A stretch of 64,000 nt of DNA. Origin: an uncultured archaeon. Its GTDB lineage: Archaea; Asgardarchaeota; Lokiarchaeia; Sigyniarchaeales; SOKP01. The notes below the pieces were generated by a model. It did no database searches. It was not told where the DNA came from and worked only from the letters and a program-made list of their open reading frames with translations. The stretch covers positions 133,595 through 197,594 of the forward strand of contig CAZOYD010000001.1 of assembly GCA_964583985.1 (NCBI GenBank), given 5' to 3'. This document shows positions 9,276-18,439 of the stretch, piece after piece (position 1 is the stretch's first letter; each line of letters starts with the position of its first letter). The position numbers were made by a program, and so were the translations under genes.

Positions 9276-10376
9276 TTATTCATTCTTGCTTTCTATTATT
9301 AATCTTTCATAATCTAAATTTAATAACTTCAATTCTTTTTTAGTCAAATCTGAAATTTTGTCATTAATTTCCACAATTATTTCTCTTAATTTTATGAGCG
9401 TGTCTTGAATAATATTTACTAGTCCATCTTCATTAAAAGAGATTTTTTCGATGAATTTAATATAATTATGTTTTTTGTTTTTCCCAGAATAATAGTTTCT
9501 TAATTCATTAATCTGAACTTGAATCTTATTTAATTCGCATCTGGAATTTAATAAGAAGGTTAGATCTTTGTACCATTTTTTATATATATCATTTGATTTT
9601 TCAATATTATCTAAATCAAATTTATCTGATAATTGAATTTTAGAATCCTTTAAAAAAGAAATAACTTCTTTTTCTTGTTCTATTGCTTCATCTATCTTTT
9701 TCATTCCGGATTTAGAATTTAATACGGGATCAAATAACTCAATGTAATTATTGACTTTTTCCATTAATTCTTCAAATCGTTGGTAAAATCCTTCAATTGT
9801 GATTTCAATTTTAATCGCTTGATAGATATTACCATAATGATCTAATATATAATAGAGATCATTAGAAAGTGTGTAGTCATGTTCTCCAATTTCATATATA
9901 AATGGATGAATAACACTGCTTTTTTCACAACTAACACTCTTTAATCTCGTGAGTGCGAGATTGAAATTTCTTCTGGTTAGAAACTTGAATTTTTTTTTTA
10001 TAATTAGGAAGAGAACATCATCAGGTATGGAAATCGTGTCATTTTCAATTGTGATGGTTTCTTCTCCTAATTTGAGTATAAAATCTCCTTCTAATTTATT
10101 AAATTCGCCTAAACTCCTTACATTTTTGAAAACCCCTAGATCTATCATTATACCAATAAAATCTTCATCCCAAAATTTAATTACGTTATTTTTAAAAATT
10201 TCATCCAAGATTAAAACTCTATCATAAGATTCAATCAATTTTGAATCAGTTAGATCTTTAAATAAATCATTACGAATAATATACATAAATAAGATGATGT
10301 AACGCATATCTACATCATCAAGGATCCGGATTAACAAATTTTCATCTTCTTCTATTGAAAGAGACTTATGTTCCAT
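9276..10376 (-). CDS. Winged-helix plus helical-bundle protein, first gene of the operon (possibly kleisin/MksF-like)
   Basis: LTRRNFNLALTRL...FIYEIGEHDYTLS resembles a wHTH recognition helix and wing; helical C-terminal half. Confidence 0.45.
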   Translation of the reverse strand: MEHKSLSIEEDENLLIRILDDVDMRYIILFMYIIRNDLFKDLTDSKLIESYDRVLILDEIFKNNVIKFWDEDFIGIMIDLGVFKNVRSLGEFNKLEGDFILKLGEETITIENDTISIPDDVLFLIIKKKFKFLTRRNFNLALTRLKSVSCEKSSVIHPFIYEIGEHDYTLSNDLYYILDHYGNIYQAIKIEITIEGFYQRFEELMEKVNNYIELFDPVLNSKSGMKKIDEAIEQEKEVISFLKDSKIQLSDKFDLDNIEKSNDIYKKWYKDLTFLLNSRCELNKIQVQINELRNYYSGKNKKHNYIKFIEKISFNEDGLVNIIQDTLIKLREIIVEINDKISDLTKKELKLLNLDYERLIIESKNE

Positions 10377-10547
10377 GCCTATTGTCCACTCATCTTAATT
10401 TTAATCATTTCAATTAAAAAGAGTAATGATCATAATTAAGCATTCCTAAAAAATTTTATGGTCTCCTATAATTTCTCTTTAAAAAAGCGAAATTTTTTTA
10501 GTTTTGGTTCACTTATCATTATTGTAATAATTTTCGCGTGAAGTTCT

Positions 10548-11126
10548 ATGGGAAGAAGAAAAAGAAAGCAACAATCGTATAAACGAGTAAAAAAAGTGCC
10601 AAAAATTTTCACATGCCCAAATTGTGGGGAGAAAAGCGTCAAAGTAGAAAATATTAGAAAGTCAGCAATTGCAACGGTCAAATGTGGATATTGTGGATTA
10701 AATAGAGACGTGATAGTTAATTCTATATCCGAACCAGTTGATGCTTTTGGAGATTTCATTGACATTTATTACGCGGACCAAGAGCTACAAAGGTTAGAAA
10801 AAAGAATCTCTAAATTAAAAAAAGAAAATGAATGGGGTGAATTAGCTTTATCGTATTCTATTTTATCGGATATATGTCGAGCAAAAGCAGCAGCGGCTTT
10901 GGATGAGGAAGAGGGTGATAAATTGGAAATGGCAACTCAGTGGCGTACAAAATCCGAAGAATACAAGCAACTTGAAAAGGGAGCTTTGCTACAATTGGAC
11001 ACTCTTGAACTTGAAAAAGGTATTAAAACTGATGAAGATTCGTTATTTGATGAAACGGAAGGGAAGGTAAAGCGTGAAAAGAAAATTGAAGATATCTTTG
11101 ATGACCCTGGATTTTTAGAGTTTTAA
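10548..11126 (+). CDS. elf1: Transcription elongation factor Elf1 with long C-terminal extension
   Basis: MGRRKRK...FTCPNC...CGYC...EPVDAFGDFID. Confidence 0.88.
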   Translation: MGRRKRKQQSYKRVKKVPKIFTCPNCGEKSVKVENIRKSAIATVKCGYCGLNRDVIVNSISEPVDAFGDFIDIYYADQELQRLEKRISKLKKENEWGELALSYSILSDICRAKAAAALDEEEGDKLEMATQWRTKSEEYKQLEKGALLQLDTLELEKGIKTDEDSLFDETEGKVKREKKIEDIFDDPGFLEF

Positions 11127-11526
11127 TAATTCAAATTTAGAAACTAAATCTTTTATATGATTTTTGTTTCAATTGATTTGTAAGAATGAATTGATACTAA
11201 TTATTAAATGCTATTTTATTAAATAAAATCATCAAGTTAAAGCTAATCGGAACATATATTTATGTTAGAGAGCTTACTAAATAGATCCCAAATCTCCTTG
11301 ATTTTGAGGATCAATTTCTGGATATGCAGATTTAGCCCCAGATCTATGAAATAATTCATAGAAAGGATAGGAATGAGTTTATTTATTTTTCTATTTACTA
11401 TAGCAACGTAATTCTCATCCATTATCACTACTCATTTTAATTATGTTAGGTCTAAAATTAAATAGAATGAGATAAGTAATTGGATTAAAAATCTTAAAGG
11501 AATATGAAGTAATTAACTTAGGTACA

Positions 11527-11991
11527 TTATTCTTGGTTACGTTTGGCAAATAATTGTTTTAGTTCACCCATTATTGCTCCCCTTAAACTTTGTGGATTTG
11601 CTGGTCGATTCCCTCCAGGTCCTCCAGGTAATGGGGGTGGTCCCCCGGGCGGTCCTCCGGGCGGTCCTCCGGGCGGTCCCCCGGGCGGTCTTCCGGGTGG
11701 TCCCCCTAATGGGGGAGGTGCACTACTTGGAGCGCTAGGTGCGGCTACAATTGGAGTAGAGAGCGCTGATTTAGCTTTTATATTAGATACTTCTGTATTT
11801 ATGGTATTAATTCGTGATTCCATTGTTGTAATTTGCTGATTTATTGTTAATAGAGCTTGATCAACTAGATCTGGGATCCTTAGAAACATTGTCATCATTT
11901 TTTCCACAATATCTCCAAAAGCATTAATCTTTTCTTCAATCGGTGATTTACGAGCATTTTCTAAAAAGCTGGTAAACTCTTCTGCACACAT
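11527..11991 (-). CDS. Coiled-coil, polyproline and C-terminal WH2/FAB-like helix protein
   Basis: N-terminal heptads, (GPPG)n tract and terminal SLRGAIMGELKQLFAKR. Confidence 0.75.
   Translation of the reverse strand: MCAEEFTSFLENARKSPIEEKINAFGDIVEKMMTMFLRIPDLVDQALLTINQQITTMESRINTINTEVSNIKAKSALSTPIVAAPSAPSSAPPPLGGPPGRPPGGPPGGPPGGPPGGPPPLPGGPGGNRPANPQSLRGAIMGELKQLFAKRNQE
11639..11707. repeat. 12-bp tandem repeat GGTCYYCCGGGY (5 full copies plus a partial copy) encoding PPGG units
   Basis: Copies start at 11639, 11651, 11663, 11675 and 11687; partial copy at 11699. Confidence 0.95.
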
Positions 11992-12128
11992 TTTTTAATC
12001 TCGGTAAATATTAACTGATTTTCATAGAAATTTTTAATAATTATATGTTAGAGATGTTTAATAAATTTAAGCAGTTACTTAGGAAAAGTTATTAAGTTGA
12101 TATTCGAAAAAAAATAATAAAGAATTAG

Positions 12129-12761
12129 TTAGCTTGACTTGGATACGGTTTCTTTTATTTTTAACCATAAATTGTCTACCTCGTCTCTTACTTGTAAAAA
12201 TTGATTAATTTTTTTAAGCATTACATCTCGAGCTCTATCAAATTCTCTTTGAATATCATTTAATTCAGATTCATAAATTTTTATTTTTTCGCCTTCTTCC
12301 AAGTTGTTTTTCTTTTTTTCAACAAATAAAGCCTTTTTTATGATAGTGCTTCTCCTTTGGGCCACCTCGTTTAGTGCATCAGCAAATTCTTCTTCTTTTT
12401 CAATTAAATAATCCTTTTTCAGTGTAAGATTTTTTATTGAATCAATATAACCCTTGTTAGCTTCAATATATTTATCATTTTGATGGATAATATCATCAAA
12501 CAATCTTACTTCTTCATCTTTAATATTAGACCGCTTTTCTCTTACCAATGTTTGCATTTGTTTTAAAACGTCCCTATAAGTTCGATTCATCATTTCTCTT
12601 GCGAAATTGGCTTTAGTTAAATTTTCCGCGTATTTTTTCTGAGAATTTACTAGTGTTGATTGAGCTTTGGCTAGTTTTTTAATTTCTTTAACGAGTTCTT
12701 GCTCAATTTTAGCTAATTCTAACTCATCTTCATGTGTTATTATTGGACTCAAAATTTTCAA
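12129..12761 (-). CDS. All-helical coiled-coil protein, BAR-domain-like
   Basis: 210 aa, almost free of Pro and Gly, three long helices; C-terminal KIKIYESELNDIQREFDRARDVMLKKINQF resembles SNX-BAR helix 3. Confidence 0.5.
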   Translation of the reverse strand: MKILSPIITHEDELELAKIEQELVKEIKKLAKAQSTLVNSQKKYAENLTKANFAREMMNRTYRDVLKQMQTLVREKRSNIKDEEVRLFDDIIHQNDKYIEANKGYIDSIKNLTLKKDYLIEKEEEFADALNEVAQRRSTIIKKALFVEKKKNNLEEGEKIKIYESELNDIQREFDRARDVMLKKINQFLQVRDEVDNLWLKIKETVSKSS

Positions 12762-12838
12762 CTCGATAAAATAATCATTTTATTGATATTATTTTTATAA
12801 TGATTTGATATTATAATTTTTAGGTTTTTTATCGTGAT

Positions 12839-13873
12839 TTAATTAGGAGGAAATTTGGCTGTCAAGATATTATCTTTATAATTAGCTTTTATAATTTTCA
12901 CTTTTATTTCACTTCCAATCATATTATCCGTAAATTTAAGTGGATTTTTTAGTAGCACTTTTATGCCTATATCTTCAGTAATTTTACCAATACATTCCGA
13001 ACCCCAACGTCCTTTAGATACGATTTTTAATTTTATTTCATCATTTTTTTTTAAATTTAAAGTAGGGATCGATGCTCGTCGATGAATTCCAAAATCTTTA
13101 GGTCCAAGTTTTAATTTTAATCCGTATTTTTTTTCCAAATTTGAAAGCTGCTCATAAAAGTATCCCCACGATTTTGGATGGGTTCTACTGAGTTTTCTTC
13201 CCGTTTTATATACTAAGTATTTTTGTATACCAATTTTTGGGATTTGGGAATATCCTTGATTTTCTAAGGAGAGTACATATTTGATTATATCCTCAATATC
13301 GTCATCATTTTTTCCAGGAAACCATACCGGTGCAATTAATACATCGATTTTTGATGCAATAAGTAATTTTATATTATCTAATAATACATTTACACCATAA
13401 GATTTGCATCCACACAAATTTCTTGCTAGATTTTCATTTAGTGTATTTAGACTGATATTTATTCTTGTTAGTTTTAATAATTCTAATCTTTCGATATTTT
13501 TTTTAGTTAACAGTAATCCATTGGTTTGCATAGAAATTAGTGAAATTCCTTCTATTCGCCATAATTTCTCCAATAGGTCATATAATTCGGGATATAATAA
13601 ACTTTCACCATAAGGTGCAATATGTATCTCTAAATCATGAGCTCCTTTGATTTCTATTATTTTTTTTATTCCTTTTTCTATATATTCTGAACTAACAATA
13701 AAGTTTGTTTGATATTCTCCAGCGCTAACAAAGCAATACTTGCACTTCAAATTACATAATGTTATAGGTTTAATTTCAATAATATTTGTCCCGCGATCTA
13801 TTAAACCTAAAAAATCTACACCCATCAATGGGATGTTTGATGTCTCATTAACATAAATTGTATCATTATACAT
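12839..13873 (-). CDS. Archaeal radical SAM protein with C-terminal TRAM-like domain
   Basis: GLIDRGTNIIEIKPITLCNLKCKYC motif. Confidence 0.85.
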   Translation of the reverse strand: MYNDTIYVNETSNIPLMGVDFLGLIDRGTNIIEIKPITLCNLKCKYCFVSAGEYQTNFIVSSEYIEKGIKKIIEIKGAHDLEIHIAPYGESLLYPELYDLLEKLWRIEGISLISMQTNGLLLTKKNIERLELLKLTRINISLNTLNENLARNLCGCKSYGVNVLLDNIKLLIASKIDVLIAPVWFPGKNDDDIEDIIKYVLSLENQGYSQIPKIGIQKYLVYKTGRKLSRTHPKSWGYFYEQLSNLEKKYGLKLKLGPKDFGIHRRASIPTLNLKKNDEIKLKIVSKGRWGSECIGKITEDIGIKVLLKNPLKFTDNMIGSEIKVKIIKANYKDNILTAKFPPN

Positions 13874-13891
13874 TTAATACGCCATTATTAG

Positions 13892-14965
13892 TTAATATTT
13901 ATATCTTAGGATAGCTACGAGAGATCCCAAATCTTCAATACGTTGTCCAGTTGGATGCTCACTACTCATAATATGGATTACTCCTTGTGATTTCTCTACA
14001 TTGCTAATTATTCGTTCAATACGTAATTTTTGATTTTTTTTCGCTCCTCGAATTAGAGTATCAACAAGAAACAATTCTTTTACTGCACCATTCTCCGATG
14101 CGATATCTATTTCATCAAATCCAATCGCAACTAGATCGGGATTTTTATCAAACAAAGTAAAGATATCCTCTATATTTTGGCTCTCTTGTAGAATTTTAAC
14201 ATTACTTTTTATTTTTGCTAATTTTTTTGATTTTAGAATCTCAATAATTCCACTTTCTGTCCCAGAACTCGCATGAAAGGTCTGAATTTTATTTTGATAA
14301 GGTACTTTTGCTTTTTCTTTCAAATAGGTCAAAAAATGTTCCTTAACACTTCCAGGTCCACATAAAACGATTAAATTAATATCATTTATCTTCAAATTTT
14401 CTCCAAGTATCTTATCTACTTCCGCAAAAAAATCTTGATATGCTTTATTTCTATGTGTTTGCTCGTATCGCTTTCCAGGAATGTTTCTTTTTATAGTAGC
14501 AATTCTTTTATGGCTGAAATTTGTAGTAAGGGAGATTGTAGCTAAACCTGTTTCTATAGCAACAATAATCATATTAAAATTAACCTCGAATTTGGAGGGT
14601 TCACTTAATCTCTTTATTTCGTTTTTCAACCATTTTTCTTTTATGATAACCAATTTCTGGCCAATTTCAATATTTAAAGTATGATGGGTTCCAAAACTTA
14701 CAAAATCGTCAGGTCCTTCTAATATTGTGCCCTTGATCCTTAAACGATTCGAAAATTCATGAAATGAGAAATCTTCCACATTAATTTTAAGATACATTGG
14801 TTTACGTTCTCCTTTAGAACCTTCTTTTAATACTATTCTTCTCTGCGTTCGGGCAGCAACTTTGTCATTTTCTGCTATTATGTTGTATAGGGTCCATAAA
14901 TCGTTTAAGTTCTCGATCTGAACTGAAACTTCTCCCAATTTCTCATTTATGTCCAGAATCTTCAT
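13892..14965 (-). CDS. pelA: mRNA surveillance protein Pelota
   Basis: NDLWTLYNII, RLRIKG, GTHHTLNI, IPGKRY and AILRY. Confidence 0.95.
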   Translation of the reverse strand: MKILDINEKLGEVSVQIENLNDLWTLYNIIAENDKVAARTQRRIVLKEGSKGERKPMYLKINVEDFSFHEFSNRLRIKGTILEGPDDFVSFGTHHTLNIEIGQKLVIIKEKWLKNEIKRLSEPSKFEVNFNMIIVAIETGLATISLTTNFSHKRIATIKRNIPGKRYEQTHRNKAYQDFFAEVDKILGENLKINDINLIVLCGPGSVKEHFLTYLKEKAKVPYQNKIQTFHASSGTESGIIEILKSKKLAKIKSNVKILQESQNIEDIFTLFDKNPDLVAIGFDEIDIASENGAVKELFLVDTLIRGAKKNQKLRIERIISNVEKSQGVIHIMSSEHPTGQRIEDLGSLVAILRYKY

Positions 14966-15092
14966 TTACAATCATTTGATCTAATGATAAGGTTAAAACT
15001 AAAAGGTATTAGTAATTGAAAAGTATTTTTTCCAATAAAGTTATATGCTCCAAATTAGAAAAATAAATAAAAAAAAATTATAAAAAAATAGA

Positions 15093-15245
15093 TTATTTAT
15101 CTCCAAGAGCTTCTTTTATCTTCTCCAATTCTTCCATGCGCTTCTTCTTTTCTTCCTCGCGTCGCTGCATTTCTTTTTCGTCTACTTTTTGGAGAGTAAC
15201 GCCCTTTTTTATATCCTCTTTCAGTTCATTATCAATTGGGGTCAT
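15093..15245 (-). CDS. 50-aa WH2-motif microprotein (not in the ORF track)
   Basis: Translated by hand: MTPIDNELKEDIKKGVTLQKVDEKEMQRREEEKKKRMEELEKIKEALGDK*. GAGGT lies just upstream of the ATG and T-tracts follow the stop. Confidence 0.8.
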   Translation of the reverse strand: MTPIDNELKEDIKKGVTLQKVDEKEMQRREEEKKKRMEELEKIKEALGDK

Positions 15246-15351
15246 TATACCTCAGCATTCCTTATTTTAAATACTAATCTGAATTTGTAGCATTTATAGA
15301 TACAGATATTATAATAGTTTTTATTTATAAGTTTAAGTTAATGATAAAAAG

Positions 15352-15792
15352 CTAGAGTTTAAGCTCCATTAAGTAAGCATTATCCCCTATGCGGTAATAA
15401 TTATCAATTTCTTTGATAATACGAAAATTATGGTTCTGATAAAGCTTAAGAGCACTCAAATTAGAGATTCGAACATTTAAGATGATTCGTTTAAAAATTT
15501 GTGATTTTTCGACTTCCATTATAACATGATTCAAGAGATAAGAGCCTAATCCCTTATGTCGATATCCTTCTTTTATGAGGAAATTTATGATGTTGAGCGT
15601 TTTTCTTTCTTGCTCTAAAATTATTACAAATCCTATTATTTTTCCATCGTCATTTACCAGTTTAAGAAAAAAATTGTTATCATGTATTAACTGTTCAATT
15701 GATTCTTTTGAAAAAGAATCAGCTTTGAAAGTGGTTTTCTCAAGTGAAATTATTTGTTCTAAATCCTTAATTTTAACTTTTTCTATCTTCAT
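15352..15792 (-). CDS. rimI: RimI/Ard1-type N-acetyltransferase
   Basis: YRHKGLG, LNVRISN..ALKLY and NYY..GDNAYLM. Confidence 0.85.
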   Translation of the reverse strand: MKIEKVKIKDLEQIISLEKTTFKADSFSKESIEQLIHDNNFFLKLVNDDGKIIGFVIILEQERKTLNIINFLIKEGYRHKGLGSYLLNHVIMEVEKSQIFKRIILNVRISNLSALKLYQNHNFRIIKEIDNYYRIGDNAYLMELKL

Positions 15793-16933
15793 TTAATCCA
15801 ATTTCCTCCCGAAATGAATCAATTGGTGATTTCTCTGTAATTTGTCGATATTTTTGCTCCCTGAATGGAGTTGTTTCCAATATGTAAAATTTTAATCCAC
15901 TCTTGTTAATTAGTTGAATCAAATCGTCATTCAGGGCAACTCTAAATGGGAGTTTTAATCCTTCTTCATCAATTTCTAAAAGGTGTGGTTTTAATCTTGA
16001 AATTTTTAAAATTTGTTCTTTTATTTCATTTAATTGATCTGAGGATCCTTCGATTTGGCTAAAGATCAATAAACCCTCGGGAGAAATTGATTCATACGAT
16101 TTTCGTATTTTTTTTGCCCGGCGATAATATCGCTTACTTAATTGCCAATGATCTTTTGCAAAAGTTGTACAAAAATGAATTTTAATTGAAACTTTGGGAG
16201 CCATTCGATCTAGTAGATCTAATGCCATTTCATAGCTATTCTTTACAGAAGCTATTGTCCCATACTTTAATTCAAAACTACGCTCTTTTAGATTAGTACT
16301 ATTTGTTATACTATATTCGAATTCATTTAAGTTGATAAAATCAGCTCCGATTTTATCTAAATAGATAATTAATTCTTCTAATTCTTTTATATAATCTTCT
16401 TGAGGAATTAAAGGCACTTCAGCACCAACACGCATCCCTTTTTTTAGAGCTAAATCGATTACATTCCAATTCTTCCTGGAAGGGTTAAATCTGATCTCAT
16501 CTAAACCAGAATTTGCAAGTTCGAGAGCTAAATTTTCATCAAAATTAACACCATTTGTATAGATGTGTATGTGGAATTTTGCACCTTTTTTTTGTTTGAT
16601 AAATCTAATTATTTCAAGTGTAGATTTAATATTTGGTGTAAACAGGGGATCTCCTCCCGTGATACTCATACCCATGGCATCGGTTTTATTAATTTCCTCA
16701 AGAATTTCTTCTTTAGTAGTGATTTGGATCTCATTAGCAAATCTCAATGAATTATTTTTTCTTTCTTCAGAAATGGGGCAATACCAGTAGCAGTGATCTG
16801 GATTTTGGCATAATCCATTGAGAAATAATACTGTTTTTGCTCCCTTTAAGCATAATTTGCATCCCCTTGGAATCCCTCTTCGTTTTATAAAAAAGGTTTC
16901 TTTTCCTGAATTAATTATTTTTTTTTTTCTCAT
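15773..16933 (-). CDS. Archaeal radical SAM protein (COG2108-like)
   Basis: GCKLCLKGAKTVLF, CQNPDHCYWYC, SITGGDP and FINLNEFE. Confidence 0.85.
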   Translation of the reverse strand: MRKKKIINSGKETFFIKRRGIPRGCKLCLKGAKTVLFLNGLCQNPDHCYWYCPISEERKNNSLRFANEIQITTKEEILEEINKTDAMGMSITGGDPLFTPNIKSTLEIIRFIKQKKGAKFHIHIYTNGVNFDENLALELANSGLDEIRFNPSRKNWNVIDLALKKGMRVGAEVPLIPQEDYIKELEELIIYLDKIGADFINLNEFEYSITNSTNLKERSFELKYGTIASVKNSYEMALDLLDRMAPKVSIKIHFCTTFAKDHWQLSKRYYRRAKKIRKSYESISPEGLLIFSQIEGSSDQLNEIKEQILKISRLKPHLLEIDEEGLKLPFRVALNDDLIQLINKSGLKFYILETTPFREQKYRQITEKSPIDSFREEIGLNEDRKS

Positions 16934-17631
16934 ATTTCCCGTAATTTTTTTCTAATAATTGCTTTTTTTTTAGCAAGTAATTTTAGAACATCCTCAGTAG
17001 ATTCATCTGGATTAAGAGATCTTTTTAAAAACACCCCAGTACGCCCATATTGTTCTCTTCTTAAAAGTACATTCCTTCTTTCTAAAATTGTTTCAATATC
17101 TACTTTGATTTCTTTAGCCGCATTATGCTCATTACCTATAATTGACGATTCTTCATGACCCTCATTTGTAGGTTTGATAAGAACTAAGCGTTTATCTATT
17201 CCAGGAACTCTAATTTTTCTTTTTAACTGATTTTGATTAACTTTTCCTCCAAATGAATAAAAGTCTAAGCTTCTTTTATTAAAAGGGGATATGGGGATTA
17301 TAATACTTTCTAATTCACTTAAATAAATATACAGTTTTATTGTATCTCCTGGAGTTGCCATTATTATTTCTCTAAAATAATTATCATAACCATTTTTGAA
17401 CAAAACATGCTCGATTAGAAATGATGATATTCTTTGCAAAAATATAATATCAATATCACTATCTACATGCACATCTCCACGAGCTATGCTTCCAAACACG
17501 TACGGTTTAAAACCTTCCATGACAAATAGATTTAATAATTTTAAAGCTTGCAGTCTTTTATTATTCAGAAGTTCCCAATGATTTGCATTATAATTAATGA
17601 TTCTATTATGATTTCTTAATATTTTATTCAT
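16930..17631 (-). CDS. Archaeal nucleotidyltransferase (COG2413-like)
   Basis: FGSIARGDVHVDSDID, RVPGIDKRL and GRTGVF. Confidence 0.85.
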   Translation of the reverse strand: MNKILRNHNRIINYNANHWELLNNKRLQALKLLNLFVMEGFKPYVFGSIARGDVHVDSDIDIIFLQRISSFLIEHVLFKNGYDNYFREIIMATPGDTIKLYIYLSELESIIIPISPFNKRSLDFYSFGGKVNQNQLKRKIRVPGIDKRLVLIKPTNEGHEESSIIGNEHNAAKEIKVDIETILERRNVLLRREQYGRTGVFLKRSLNPDESTEDVLKLLAKKKAIIRKKLREI

Positions 17632-17642
17632 TGTAAATTCAT

Positions 17643-18434
17643 TTAAAGTCTGATTTTATTAATGAGATTTAGAATATTTCCAAATAAAACAGTTTCAAAA
17701 TATTTAAAATTTCGAGAAGCATCACCAATTATGATTGAATTATTTAATTTTTGTATGCTACATTTCTCAAGAGTTTTATTTTTGAATTTAATAATGTTAT
17801 ATTCACTGAATATGAGGTATACCTTTTTTAAGGATTTATTTTCTGCTTCATTTGTTAAATTTTCTGGTTTCTCTATAAAATTTACCTTAGAATTTATTAT
17901 AATATGACCCAAGTAATTTTTTTCATTTTTTATGGATATCGCATTGCAAATTTTATCATTAAAAGATATTATTATGTATTTATCATTGTTTATTGATCCA
18001 GCTGTAGCTTTTATTATAGAATCGATTATGCTTTTTGCTTCATCGTTAATTTTGTCGTTGGATATATCAAATAATGATTTTTTACTAATAGATAACATTA
18101 AATTAACCACTCTTAATCCATAACTACTGAGTCCTTCGGAAATAACTCTTAACAGACTCATCCTTCTCTTCGTACGAAGAACAAATATGATAGGGTCGTT
18201 TTTATTAGAGAGTTTATTATTAATTGCATAGTTCCATAAACAAACCTTAATATTAAACTCATCCTTTCTTTCGATTGATTTATAAGATGATATGGAGATA
18301 TCTTCATTAGCTAATTTATACCTCCATCGTGTCAATATTTTATAGATTTTAACCAAAATTAAAAAAATTATTAAAAAAATTATACTAACAGAGCTAACAA
18401 GTATCCAATCAACACGAAAAATATCAAAATCCAT
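17643..18434 (-). CDS. Membrane-anchored hypothetical protein (possibly a degenerate alpha/beta-hydrolase fold)
   Basis: N-terminal TM helix; EGLSSYGLRVV pattern; no catalytic motif visible. Confidence 0.55.
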   Translation of the reverse strand: MDFDIFRVDWILVSSVSIIFLIIFLILVKIYKILTRWRYKLANEDISISSYKSIERKDEFNIKVCLWNYAINNKLSNKNDPIIFVLRTKRRMSLLRVISEGLSSYGLRVVNLMLSISKKSLFDISNDKINDEAKSIIDSIIKATAGSINNDKYIIISFNDKICNAISIKNEKNYLGHIIINSKVNFIEKPENLTNEAENKSLKKVYLIFSEYNIIKFKNKTLEKCSIQKLNNSIIIGDASRNFKYFETVLFGNILNLINKIRL

Positions 18435-18439
18435 AACTT

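Noticed and set aside
1491-10376. Canonical Wadjet defence system or integrated mobile element
   Set aside because: No active SMC ATPase, no Toprim nuclease, and no integrase, transposase or att repeats seen
11243-11428. 61-aa ORF or a frameshifted remnant (alternative frame SYPFYELFHRSGAKSAYPEIDPQNQGDLGSI)
   Set aside because: No start for the alternative frame and no recognisable family; cannot be supported
11543-11839. Plus-strand Gly/Pro-rich 98-aa ORF
   Set aside because: Antisense shadow of the polyproline gene; the GGNCCN repeat reads similarly on both strands
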